Positions 18,371 through 27,254 of a DNA stretch of 64,000 nt are shown piece after piece. The position numbers and the translations under genes are program-made. Within the stretch, counting starts at the first letter, position 1. Every line of letters starts with the position of its first letter. Under the pieces are notes generated by a model. That model saw only the letters and a program-made list of their open reading frames with translations. It was not told the DNA's origin and did no database searches. The DNA comes from a virus: IMG/VR virus record IMGVR_UViG_3300045010_000308, positions 1-64,000 of that record. One strand, written 5' to 3'.

Positions 18371-18642
18371 TGGCGTACTTCGCTGAACTCGACGACACGA
18401 ACACGGTGCTGAGAGTGATCAGCGTCAGCAACGATGTGTGCGGTGAACCGACGCTCGCATTCCCCGATACCGAAGCCGCTGGTCGTGCGTTCATCGCCAA
18501 CACGCTGAAACTTGGCGGCACTTGGAAGCAGACTTCGTACAACGCCAACTTCCGTGGCAAGTACGCAGGCATCGGGGACACTTATGATGCGGTGAACGAC
18601 GTCTTCGTTGCGCCGACGCCGCCAGGCGGCGAGATAGGATAG
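18370..18642 (+). CDS. Small partner protein of the Gly-rich adhesin
   Basis: MAYFAELD...WKQTSYNANFRGKYAGIGDTYDAVNDVF. Confidence 0.75.
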   Translation: MAYFAELDDTNTVLRVISVSNDVCGEPTLAFPDTEAAGRAFIANTLKLGGTWKQTSYNANFRGKYAGIGDTYDAVNDVFVAPTPPGGEIG

Positions 18643-18649
18643 GCTACCG

Positions 18650-18955
18650 ATGCCGATTGATTTTCCGAACAGTCCGACGGTCAATGACGTCTACTCAGCC
18701 GGCGGGAGAAGCTGGACCTGGAACGGGACGTCTTGGGTGCTGAACGCCTATGTCGGCGTCGTCCCGGCGGGAGCGGTCGGCACGACCGAGCTGGCGAACA
18801 ACGCCGTCACTTCTTTGAAGTTGGGACCCACCGGTGCGGTCAACGGCCAGGCCTTGTTGGCCAACTCTTCGACGGCTACTGGGTTGGAGTGGGGTCAGGC
18901 AGGGTCTCCTTCCGATGATGCAAGCGCGGTTTTGGGTACTCAAGTTTTCAGCTGA
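18650..18955 (+). CDS. Anchor-like protein (cassette 3)
   Basis: MPIDFPNSP; C-terminal DDASAVLGTQVFS. Confidence 0.65.
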   Translation: MPIDFPNSPTVNDVYSAGGRSWTWNGTSWVLNAYVGVVPAGAVGTTELANNAVTSLKLGPTGAVNGQALLANSSTATGLEWGQAGSPSDDASAVLGTQVFS

Positions 18956-18971
18956 AGATTGGAGCAGATAG

Positions 18972-19337
18972 ATGGCAACATTCACGAAGATGAAGTTCAG
19001 CGAATCTACCGATGGTCGCCCCATCAAGGTCGGGGCGACGAGCATCGCTTCGGGCACGCCGATTCACGCTGGTTCTCCTACGGCGACGACTTACGACGAG
19101 ATCTGGCTGTATGCGATGAACTCCTCGGCTTCGTCGGTGAAGCTGACGGTGGGGTGGGGCGGCACCACCGACCCCGATGATTTGATTGAACTCACGGTTC
19201 TTGCCGAGGCTGGCTTGGTGACGGTTGCCCCCGGCATGCTCATCAAGGGCAACGCGACTCCGCTCGTGGTGAAGGCGGCGGCGGGTACGGCGAACGTGAT
19301 CACGATTCACGGATTTGTCAACCGAATCACGGTGTAG
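18972..19337 (+). CDS. Adaptor-like virion protein (paralog 3)
   Basis: MATFTK; DEIWLYA; GFVNRIT. Confidence 0.7.
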   Translation: MATFTKMKFSESTDGRPIKVGATSIASGTPIHAGSPTATTYDEIWLYAMNSSASSVKLTVGWGGTTDPDDLIELTVLAEAGLVTVAPGMLIKGNATPLVVKAAAGTANVITIHGFVNRITV

Positions 19338-19340
19338 CTG

Positions 19341-20258
19341 ATGGCTACGGCTCGCCGCCAACTCGGGTACGTTTCGTCGTTGACGACGCAGTCCGTCCCC
19401 CCGGGCGGCTTGCCGGTTGAGTGCCTCGTCATCGGCGGCGGCGGCGGTGGCGGCAGGATGCACGGTGGCGGCGGTGGTGCTGGCGGCTATGTATGTTCGG
19501 TTGTCGGGGAGAACTCAGGTGGCGGCGCGGTCGCCGCAACTACCTTCTCGCTGAATAGGAACCTGACCTACGGAGTGGTGGTTGGGGGCGGCGGCTCAGG
19601 CTCAACTTCCGCCAGCACGAGAGGCGGCAGCGGCACGAACAGCGTCTTCGTCGTGGCGGCGATAGGCGGCGGTGGCGGAGGCAGTAGCTCCGGAGAGAGT
19701 CCAGGCGGGCCAGGCGGTTCGGGTGGCGGCGGCGCAGCAAACGCGACCAACACGGGCGGCGCAGGAACGAGCCACCAAGGTTTCGCAGGTGGCGCAGGTG
19801 CGCCGAGCGGCGGCAATCCCTCAGGTGGCGGTGGCGGTGGTGCCGGTGCGGTCGGCGTTCAAGGCAACTTGTCGGGATACGCAGGCGCAGGCGGCGCAGG
19901 TGTCTCATCAAGCATCACGGGTTTGGCGGTCACTCGCGGCGGCGGCGGCGGTGGCGGCGGCCACAACGCCGCAGATAGGGGCGGCGCAGGCGGCTCGGGT
20001 GGCGGCGGCGCAGGCTCAGGAGTAGCTGTCGTAGGTTCACCAGGCTCACCGAACACAGGCGGCGGCGGCGGCGGTAGCGGTCACGACGGCGGCAACAACT
20101 TAGGTGGGAACGGCGGCTCGGGCATCGTCGTTGTCCGCTACCTGACTTCTGCCGCATCAGGTCTCACCGTCACCGCAACAGGCGGCGGCACCTCCGCTCC
20201 TAGCGGTTCTTACACGGTCTGGACATTCACATCGTCGGGTACGTTGGCGGTGACGTGA
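19341..20258 (+). CDS. Glycine-rich adhesin-like protein (cassette 3, module A)
   Basis: VECLVIGGGGGG...GGSGIVVVRY...YTVWTFTSSG. Confidence 0.8.
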   Translation: MATARRQLGYVSSLTTQSVPPGGLPVECLVIGGGGGGGRMHGGGGGAGGYVCSVVGENSGGGAVAATTFSLNRNLTYGVVVGGGGSGSTSASTRGGSGTNSVFVVAAIGGGGGGSSSGESPGGPGGSGGGGAANATNTGGAGTSHQGFAGGAGAPSGGNPSGGGGGGAGAVGVQGNLSGYAGAGGAGVSSSITGLAVTRGGGGGGGGHNAADRGGAGGSGGGGAGSGVAVVGSPGSPNTGGGGGGSGHDGGNNLGGNGGSGIVVVRYLTSAASGLTVTATGGGTSAPSGSYTVWTFTSSGTLAVT

Positions 20259-20295
20259 TGGCACGCCTCGCATCGCCGTCAAGTGAGGTGGCGGA

Positions 20296-21150
20296 ATGAC
20301 CCGCTCGTACCTCGGCTATGTTTCTTCGCAGACGACGGGCACGGTTGCGGTTGACATCCCCTACGGCGTAGCGACGGGCGGCTCATCGGCTTCACGAACC
20401 ATCGGTGGTCAGACCTACACGGTGCTGACCTTCTCGTCAGACGACAACCTTGTCGTGTCTAAGGCTGGTTTGTTCGACGTGTTGCTTGTCGGTGGTGGCG
20501 GCGGCGGCGGGTCAGGTTCAGACCCGCAATCTGGCGGCGGTGGCGGCGCAGGCGCATTAGTTGGATTTGCAGCCACGACCACGATCTACCTTCAGGCTGC
20601 GACCTACGCTGTTGACGTCGGTGCAGGCGGCGCTGGATACACCAACTCAAATGGGTTTTCGACTGGCGCTGCGTCATACATCGGCAACGTCATTTCGGCT
20701 TGTGGCGGCGGCGGCGGCGCTTGTCAAGATGTTGCTTTGGCAGGCAGCGGCGGCTCGGGCGGCGGCAGACAAACTGGCATGAACGTAGGTGGATATTCAG
20801 TCGATGAAACATTCGGCAACCGCGGCGGAGTCGGCACGGGCAATCATGGCGCTGGTGGCGGCGGTGGATACGGCGGAGTCGGTGGCAACGCGGCTGGAAC
20901 GACGGGCGGTTCGGGCGGCAACGGAATCGACGTGTCGACTTGGGGAACAAGCGCAAGTACCGACAACATTGCGGCAGGCGGCGGCGGCTCGGGTTCAACT
21001 GCAGGTGGCGCAGCAGGCACAGGCGGCGTAGCAGGTTCCACAGGCGATGGCAACAGCGCCACAACTGCTGGCTCTGGCGGCGGCGGCGGTCGTGGTTCGG
21101 CTGGCGGCAACGGTGCGGCTGGCAAAGTATGGGTGAGGTTCAAGGTATGA
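20296..21150 (+). CDS. Glycine-rich adhesin-like protein (cassette 3, module B)
   Basis: YGVATGG...KAGLFDVLLVGGGG...VWVRFKV. Confidence 0.8.
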   Translation: MTRSYLGYVSSQTTGTVAVDIPYGVATGGSSASRTIGGQTYTVLTFSSDDNLVVSKAGLFDVLLVGGGGGGGSGSDPQSGGGGGAGALVGFAATTTIYLQAATYAVDVGAGGAGYTNSNGFSTGAASYIGNVISACGGGGGACQDVALAGSGGSGGGRQTGMNVGGYSVDETFGNRGGVGTGNHGAGGGGGYGGVGGNAAGTTGGSGGNGIDVSTWGTSASTDNIAAGGGGSGSTAGGAAGTGGVAGSTGDGNSATTAGSGGGGGRGSAGGNGAAGKVWVRFKV

Positions 21151-21368
21151 GCGACACACTGACGTACTTCGCCAAAGTTGAGAACGGTGTCGTCACCGAT
21201 GTTCGTGTCGTGACGTGGGATTTCTTGTGCGCCAACCCTGACCGCTACGGCGACAGTTCGCTATGGGTAGAAACCTTTCACGACAACTCCCAACGCGGCA
21301 AATACGCAGGCATAGGCGATACTTATGATGCGGTGAACGATGTGTTCGTTGCGCCGACGCCGCCGTAA
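21147..21368 (+). CDS. Small partner protein of the Gly-rich adhesin
   Basis: YFAKVENG...RGKYAGIGDTYDAVNDVF; start at ATGA overlap. Confidence 0.7.
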   Translation: MSDTLTYFAKVENGVVTDVRVVTWDFLCANPDRYGDSSLWVETFHDNSQRGKYAGIGDTYDAVNDVFVAPTPP

Positions 21369-21397
21369 GCGCGCCTCGCGACAAAGCGCAGAGAAGA

Positions 21398-23167
21398 GTG
21401 GCACGCCTGAAGATCGCCGTCTACACGATCGCGCTCAACGAGAAGAAGTTCGTTGACCCGTGGTATGAGTCGGCTAAAGACGCAGACTACCTGCTGATCG
21501 CCGACACCGGCTCGACCGACGGGACGGTCGAGCGCGCGCGAGAGCTCGGGATCAACGTCGCGCAGATCACGGTCAAGCCGTGGCGGTTCGACGACGCGCG
21601 CAACGCGTCGCTCGCGCTGCTGCCGGCGGACATCGACTTCTGCGTCGCGCTCGACATGGACGAGGTCCTCGTGCCTGGCTGGCGTGAGCACCTCGAGAAG
21701 GCGCCGCCCGGCACGACCCGCCCGCGCTACAAGTACGTCTGGAGCTGGAACACAGACGGCAGCGAGGGACTCGTGTACGGCGCAGACAAGGTCCACGCTC
21801 GCAGCGGGTACCGGTGGGTGCACCCGGTGCACGAGGTCTTGGCGCCGACGGACGGAGAAGAGACCCAGAGCTGGGTCGGCATGGAGGTCCACCACTTCCC
21901 CGACCGCTCGAAGTCGCGCGGGCAGTACCTGCCGCTGCTCAAGAAGGCCGTCGACGAGAGGCCGATGGACGACCGCAACGCGTACTACTACGCGCGTGAG
22001 CTGTTCTTCTACGGCCAGGCCGAAGACGCACGGCGCGAGTTCAAGCGCCACCTCGCGCTGCCGACCGCGACGTGGCGCGCCGAGCGCGCGGCCTCGATGC
22101 GGTACCTCGCTCAGCTCGAGCACGACGAGGCCGAGGCCTGGCTGCTGCGCGCGTGCGCCGAGGCGCCGGAGTTCCGCGAGCCCTGGGTCGAGCTCGCTCG
22201 GCACTACTACGACCGGCAGTCGTGGGAAGACTGCCTGTCGGCCGCGAGGCGGGCGCTCACGATCACAGAGAAGCCGCTGCTGTACATCAACGACGCCGCC
22301 GCGTGGAGCTCGCTGCCGCACGACCTCGCCAGCATCGGCGCCTGGCACGCCGGGCAGAGAGGCGCGGCGGTCGAGCACCTGCGCGGCGCGCTGCGGGTCG
22401 AGCCGGGCAGCGAGCGCCTCCAGGCGAACCTCGCCATGATGCTGCGGGTGACGCACCCGGAGCGCGCGGTGGCCGTCGTCCCGTCGAGGTCGAACGTCGA
22501 GGGCTGCATGCTCGTCCTCGAGCGCCTCGAGAGAGACCCGCAGGTCAGCGCGGTCGTGCTCGTCGCGGACGGAGACGAGGCCTGCCGGACCTACGGAGCG
22601 CTGCTCTCCGAGCGCGGGCCGGAGCTGCGGAAGGTCCGGCTCGAGCGCGTCGAGCGCGGCGCCGGCATCCACGCGATGTGGAACATCGGCGTCGAGGCCG
22701 CCCGGCGCGAAAAATCCGCGGTTGCCCTAGTGAACGACGACGTCACCGTCGCCGACGACACCATAGGGAGCCTCGTGTCGCTGCTCGCGTACGACAGGTC
22801 GCTCGGGCTCGTCTGCCCGGCCTACGACTACCGCAAGTTCACGGACATCACGCAGGACGTGTCGACGGTGTGCAACGGCCGGTACGACGGCAGCGGGGGG
22901 CTCGCCGGGTTTTGCATGGTCTTGGCCGCAGACATCGTGCAGCGGTTCAGGTTTGACGAGTCGATGAAGTGGTGGTACGGAGACAACGACGTGCTGCTGC
23001 ACGTCACGCGCAACGAGAAGCGCCGCGCGGCGATCACGAGCCTCGCTCGGTGCAGCGGCAACTCGTCGGCGACCGTAGACAACGACCCGCCCGAAGACTT
23101 CTGGAAGGTCGTCCAAGACGACAAGCTCAAGTTCTACGTGAAGTGGGGCATCTGCGATGCACGGTGA
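21398..23167 (+). CDS. GT2 glycosyltransferase-TPR-second GT2-like domain fusion
   Basis: IALNE, DTGSTDGT, FDDARN, LDMDE, VHE; TPR helices (YYYARE, EPWVELA); second domain VNDD, FCM, WWYGDND. Confidence 0.88.
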   Translation: MARLKIAVYTIALNEKKFVDPWYESAKDADYLLIADTGSTDGTVERARELGINVAQITVKPWRFDDARNASLALLPADIDFCVALDMDEVLVPGWREHLEKAPPGTTRPRYKYVWSWNTDGSEGLVYGADKVHARSGYRWVHPVHEVLAPTDGEETQSWVGMEVHHFPDRSKSRGQYLPLLKKAVDERPMDDRNAYYYARELFFYGQAEDARREFKRHLALPTATWRAERAASMRYLAQLEHDEAEAWLLRACAEAPEFREPWVELARHYYDRQSWEDCLSAARRALTITEKPLLYINDAAAWSSLPHDLASIGAWHAGQRGAAVEHLRGALRVEPGSERLQANLAMMLRVTHPERAVAVVPSRSNVEGCMLVLERLERDPQVSAVVLVADGDEACRTYGALLSERGPELRKVRLERVERGAGIHAMWNIGVEAARREKSAVALVNDDVTVADDTIGSLVSLLAYDRSLGLVCPAYDYRKFTDITQDVSTVCNGRYDGSGGLAGFCMVLAADIVQRFRFDESMKWWYGDNDVLLHVTRNEKRRAAITSLARCSGNSSATVDNDPPEDFWKVVQDDKLKFYVKWGICDAR

Positions 23168-23669
23168 CGTGCTGGCGTGGGTGTCACGCGCGATCGCAGG
23201 CTGCCGGCGCACGGGGCCTGGCGCGCACGTCTTAGAGTTCGGCAGCCTAGACATCAACGGCAGCGTCAGGCCGCTGTTCGCAGAGCTGGTGTCTGGCGGA
23301 GGTTCGTACCTCGGTATCGACGTGCAAGAAGGCCCGGGAGTCGACCTGGTGGCCGACGCAAGCGCCTACAAGAGCGACACGCGGTGGGACTTCGTCGTCT
23401 GCTGCGAGGTGTTCGAGCATACGGCGCTGTGGCCGAAGCTCGTCGCTAACGCGCACTCGCTCCTCGTGCCGGGCGGAGTCTTCATCGCGACGATGGCCGG
23501 CGAGGGCCGGCCGCCGCACTCTGCGATCGACGAAAACCCGATCCGCGCCTGGGAATACTACAAGAACGTGACCGGGCCGATGCTAGACGAGAAGCTCGCG
23601 TCGGCGGGATTCACGAGCCGCGAGGTCGACGTCTACCGCACCGACACGCGGTGCTGGGCGGTCAAGTAG
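23157..23669 (+). CDS. Class I SAM-dependent methyltransferase
   Basis: VLEFGS, YLGID, GPGVD, CCEVFEH, LVPGG. Confidence 0.85.
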   Translation: MHGDVLAWVSRAIAGCRRTGPGAHVLEFGSLDINGSVRPLFAELVSGGGSYLGIDVQEGPGVDLVADASAYKSDTRWDFVVCCEVFEHTALWPKLVANAHSLLVPGGVFIATMAGEGRPPHSAIDENPIRAWEYYKNVTGPMLDEKLASAGFTSREVDVYRTDTRCWAVK

Positions 23670-24174
23670 CTTTTTTCTCGCGAAGCGCCTTCTTGAGCTT
23701 CTTGCGTTCTTTCGCTTCTCTTGCCGCGTGGTAGGCGTTGACGGCGTTCGCGCTCGTGCGACTTCTCCAGTGGAAGCCGCACTCTCCGCACGTCACGATC
23801 TTCGCGGTCGACCACCTGCCGCCGCCGGCAAGCTCCTGCTCGCTGACGCTGAGGCACACCGGCCGCGCGCTGCAGTACGGGCACTGCGGCGACCGCCGCC
23901 TGCGGATCTCCTCTCCCGTGTGAGACACCGAGAGCGCCCTGCGGATGTCGTCTTCCGTGCGACCGCCCCAGACTCCCCAGAGCTGCTTCGTGTCGAGCGC
24001 CCACTTGAGGCACTCGTTCCTGACCTCGCAACCGAAGCAAAAGTTGCAGGCCCGGCGCTGCTCTAAGAGCTCAGGCGAGAAGAACAGCGGCTTCATCGAC
24101 CGAGCCTCGTCGGTCTTCTGCGTGCAGCGCGCACGAGAGTGCCACGACACGTCGTCGAGCTCGAAGACGCTCAC
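23662..24174 (-). CDS. whiB: WhiB-family regulator fused to a zinc ribbon
   Basis: W..RARC, CFGCEVRNEC, GVWGG; then CPYC...CGEC. Confidence 0.85.
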   Translation of the reverse strand: MSVFELDDVSWHSRARCTQKTDEARSMKPLFFSPELLEQRRACNFCFGCEVRNECLKWALDTKQLWGVWGGRTEDDIRRALSVSHTGEEIRRRRSPQCPYCSARPVCLSVSEQELAGGGRWSTAKIVTCGECGFHWRSRTSANAVNAYHAAREAKERKKLKKALREKKAT

Positions 24175-24177
24175 GGC

Positions 24178-24519
24178 CTAGAGCTCTACAAGCGTGACCG
24201 GGACGAGGTTTTCGACCTTGTCTCCGAGCGATGTCTCTCCTTTGTCGTTGCAGATCGCGTACTCGCCGTTGCCGTGTTCGTGAAGCTCGCCGGCGTACGA
24301 CTGCGTGCATACCGCGGCTTCGACCGCCTTGAACCCCTCTCCCAGCGTGCTGACTAGCCCTTCCCGCTGGACGGTCGACGCCAGAGCCCTGCGGACTACC
24401 TCGTTCTCGATGTCGACGTGCTCGACGGTGAAGAACACGACCGAGTCGTGAGTCTCTCTCTCGTACAGCTCTCCGGTCCACTCGGACCAAAGAGATTCAC
24501 CCCTGCGCGTGTCCTTCAC
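24178..24519 (-). CDS. Hypothetical protein
   Basis: Fills the gap in the co-directional minus-strand operon. Confidence 0.6.
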   Translation of the reverse strand: MKDTRRGESLWSEWTGELYERETHDSVVFFTVEHVDIENEVVRRALASTVQREGLVSTLGEGFKAVEAAVCTQSYAGELHEHGNGEYAICNDKGETSLGDKVENLVPVTLVEL

Positions 24520-24841
24520 GGCCCAATACTACCTCGCCCGCCAGCCTCGCGCGGCGTCTTGCTTTGTACTCGCGAGCGCGTATCCGCCTGCGCACCGACG
24601 CGTCGCCGGTCTGGTACCCGGCGTTGAACCGCTCTTCGTCGGTCTCTCCTCCCCAGATGCCCATCTCGAGGTTCTTTCTTGCGTGCGCACGGCAGAGCTC
24701 GACCGACTTGCACCGAGCACAGATCGACTTTGCGACCTTCTCGCGCTTGGCCCTCGCTCCTGGTCGCTCGTAGAACGCGCCGTAGAAGTACTGTGTCTTT
24801 CCCTTGCACGCCGCGTCTTTCATCCACTCAAGGCCTCTCAT
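24497..24841 (-). CDS. whiB: WhiB-family transcription factor
   Basis: WMKDAAC, AKSICARCKSVELC, GIWGGETDEER; GGAGGG RBS. Confidence 0.88.
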   Translation of the reverse strand: MRGLEWMKDAACKGKTQYFYGAFYERPGARAKREKVAKSICARCKSVELCRAHARKNLEMGIWGGETDEERFNAGYQTGDASVRRRIRAREYKARRRARLAGEVVLGREGHAQG

Positions 24842-24918
24842 CGACCCTCCTGCTGCCTCGCGCCGGGGGAAACCGCATGTTTGCCTTTTTGCATCACGAG
24901 AAGCGATCTAGAAGCACG

Positions 24919-25431
24919 CTACGCGGCAAGAACGTAGCCGTCTTGGTGCGGCCACACGTACTCGTAGGTGGCTGGAGCAGAGCCGCCGTCCTCGGCCCAG
25001 CGAAACTGCCTGTACCAGTCGTAGTGCTTGCAGAGCAGCGCCGTGCGGTGAGTCGAGCACAGGCGCTCGTAGTACTCGGCGTCGAGCATCCAGCTCGGCA
25101 GCGTGTACTCGGGAGAGATGCGGCCGAGGTCGACGGCGCGGTCGTATGTCGCGAACATCTTCTCGAGCAACGTCGACCTGTACCCGCGGCCGCGCCACTC
25201 GTAGTAGGTGGCCGTGAGGTACGCGAGCAGCACCGTCTCGTGGCCGCGCCACATGCGGACGACAGGGTGGTTGGCCCAGCCCTTGGTCGTCTTGTCGGTG
25301 CCGTCAGGGTTGAGGCCGGTCATCGTGAGCAGGCACTGCCAGCCCTCGAGCGTCTGCTTGTGCAGGCGCTTGTTGTCGAGGTGCCGAGCGGTAGTCGTGA
25401 ATGAGGCGGTGTCGGTGAGGAATGTTTGCAT
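24919..25431 (-). CDS. Pyrimidine-dimer DNA glycosylase / endonuclease V-like (MSMEG_6728-like)
   Basis: MQTFL, LDNKRLHKQ, GWANHPVVRMWRG, HRTALLCK..WY, YVWP. Confidence 0.82.
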   Translation of the reverse strand: MQTFLTDTASFTTTARHLDNKRLHKQTLEGWQCLLTMTGLNPDGTDKTTKGWANHPVVRMWRGHETVLLAYLTATYYEWRGRGYRSTLLEKMFATYDRAVDLGRISPEYTLPSWMLDAEYYERLCSTHRTALLCKHYDWYRQFRWAEDGGSAPATYEYVWPHQDGYVLAA

Positions 25432-25463
25432 GTCGCTCCGTGCCGGTGTGTCGTTACGAACCT

Positions 25464-25472
25464 ATTGTACCA
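25464..25472 (-). promoter_or_regulatory. Extended -10 promoter
   Basis: TGGTACAAT upstream of the glycosylase gene. Confidence 0.55.
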
Positions 25473-25505
25473 GGTCTTGCTTGGCCCCGAGGGGATGACC
25501 TGCTC

Positions 25506-26747
25506 TTATTTGCCGGCCATCTTCTGCTTGACATAGTGGCGGCTGAAGCCCTTGTCGGTGCGGTGCATCCACTCGTGGTCGCCGATCTTCTCCCCCGCCG
25601 GGCCGCTCTGCTCGCCGCTCAGGCACGCGTTGACGTGCTTGCCGATCCACTCGCCTGCCTGCACGGCGACGGCCTTTCCCCAGGTCGCCTTCATCATCGA
25701 GTAGTCTTGCGTCTCCTCGATGTTCCACCCGTCTGGCAGCCCCTGGATGCGCGCCGCCTCACGGTGCGTGATCAACCGCGGCTGCGTCGGGTGCACGACG
25801 TGCTGCAGCGCGGCTCCTGTCAAGACGCGGCACGGAGCCTCTCCGTCCCAGCGCCCGGCCTGCGAGTAGCCGAGGAGGAACTTGCGCCGCCTGATGTTCT
25901 TCTCTGAGCCGAGCCACGACTGCGGGAACTTGTTGTCATTGAGCCGGACGGCCTCTTTGAGCACGTCTTGCTGGATGTCGTTCGGCTTCCACCCTCCGTT
26001 GCCGACGATCGCGAAGATGTCTTCGATCTTAGCCTTTGAGCCGTCACTGACGCCGATGTGGCCGTCGACCGTCGAGTTGCTCGACCGCAGCGCCTTGACG
26101 AACGAAGACGGCTTGCCTTTGATCTTCTGCGGTGACCACTGCAGCGGCAGGTTCTCGAGGTCGCCGATGACGTCCATGACGGTCGGAAACTTCGCCGGCT
26201 CGTTGACCTCGGCTCCGAACTTCATCCCGCGCCGGACAGCGACCCAGAAGTACCGCGGCCTGTACGAGAAGCCGCCAAGCTGCAGGTTGTTGTGCATCAC
26301 GTGGTGCAGGTCGTATTTCTTGCCCGAGACGCCCTCGACCATGTCGCGGTACTTGAGCATGACCTCACGCCCGTCTGAGTACGCCTGCTGGACGCACTCG
26401 AACACGACGACAGAGGGCTTGATCGCGCCGGCGTAGCGCATGAAAGCTCGCGTGTGCTCGTGCGCCGGCGAGTCTGGGCCGCGCTGGTGCACAGACGACC
26501 ACGTCGACCAGCCCGAGCACGGGGGGCAGCCGACGACTGCGTCTGCCTTGCGCCTCGGCCACTCTTCGACGTCGTCCGCGAAGCTTCCTTCCCACGAGGC
26601 GCCAAATCGCGCGCGGTTCGCCTCGACGACCGGCGCGCCGAAGTCCAGTGTCCCCGTCCTCGCGACCATCTCCATGCCTGACTTCACGAACCCGTAGCTC
26701 ATGAACCCAGCGAGGCCGTTGCAGTCAATGAACGTGTGCTTTGCCAC
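25506..26747 (-). CDS. C5-cytosine DNA methyltransferase-like protein with degenerate motifs
   Basis: Motif IV GCPPC, VI VFECV, VIII SYRPR, IX THREAARIQGLP, X WGKAV; motif I DCNGLAGF. Confidence 0.8.
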   Translation of the reverse strand: MAKHTFIDCNGLAGFMSYGFVKSGMEMVARTGTLDFGAPVVEANRARFGASWEGSFADDVEEWPRRKADAVVGCPPCSGWSTWSSVHQRGPDSPAHEHTRAFMRYAGAIKPSVVVFECVQQAYSDGREVMLKYRDMVEGVSGKKYDLHHVMHNNLQLGGFSYRPRYFWVAVRRGMKFGAEVNEPAKFPTVMDVIGDLENLPLQWSPQKIKGKPSSFVKALRSSNSTVDGHIGVSDGSKAKIEDIFAIVGNGGWKPNDIQQDVLKEAVRLNDNKFPQSWLGSEKNIRRRKFLLGYSQAGRWDGEAPCRVLTGAALQHVVHPTQPRLITHREAARIQGLPDGWNIEETQDYSMMKATWGKAVAVQAGEWIGKHVNACLSGEQSGPAGEKIGDHEWMHRTDKGFSRHYVKQKMAGK

Positions 26748-26754
26748 GCTAGCT

Positions 26755-26763
26755 ACTGTATCA
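26755..26763 (-). promoter_or_regulatory. Extended -10 for a leaderless transcript
   Basis: TGATACAGT 7 nt upstream of the GTG at 26747. Confidence 0.6.
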
Positions 26764-27054
26764 CGCGGGCCTCGTCGAGGCCTTACCTACCTCGTAGCCG
26801 CACGCGGCGTACCCGGCGATGTCGACCCAGGTGTCGCTTTGGAAGCCAGAGCGAGCGGCGTACCTAGCCACCTTCACGGCGACCATCGCCATCGCGACGT
26901 CTTCGCTCGTGACCTCGATCTCGAACAGTACTGACCACAGCTTTGCGATGCGGTCAAAGTTCTCTTCTGGCCCGCCGTACTGCTTGTCACGCTCTCCGGC
27001 GATGATCCTGCCGGCCTCGTCGAGGCACTCGTGCCGGTCGAGCTTCTTCGCCAC
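26761..27054 (-). CDS. DUF6378-like protein
   Basis: EAGRIIAGERDKQYGGPEENFDRIAKLWS, KVAR, DTWVDIAGYAACG; start at GTG 27054 after GAGG. Confidence 0.8.
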   Translation of the reverse strand: MAKKLDRHECLDEAGRIIAGERDKQYGGPEENFDRIAKLWSVLFEIEVTSEDVAMAMVAVKVARYAARSGFQSDTWVDIAGYAACGYEVGKASTRPA

Positions 27055-27056
27055 GT

Positions 27057-27254
27057 CTACCTCTCCGCGATCCGCAGTCGGACGGTCACGGTCGCCTTGT
27101 ACTCTTTTTCTGAGTGTTCTTCGACACGAAGCTCCGTGTCGTGCGGCAGGCTTGCGCTCGCGTCTTTCGAGAACTCGCGCCACTGCCTCGCGGCTTGCTC
27201 TCTGAGCTCGTGAAGGTCTTTGCCGTAGACCACTATCGTGACGCTTCCAATCAC
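27057..27254 (-). CDS. Small hypothetical protein
   Basis: 65-aa ORF coupled to both neighbours. Confidence 0.5.
   Translation of the reverse strand: MIGSVTIVVYGKDLHELREQAARQWREFSKDASASLPHDTELRVEEHSEKEYKATVTVRLRIAER

Noticed and set aside
13685-21368. Diversity-generating retroelement or invertible shufflon behind the cassette repeats
   Set aside because: No reverse transcriptase or site-specific recombinase in the window; repeats are direct and mismatches are not adenine-specific
21323-22672. 449-aa antisense ORF (and similar long ORFs at 59739-61250, 61410-63080, 53034-54068)
   Set aside because: High-GC antisense shadows of well-supported genes, with no motifs
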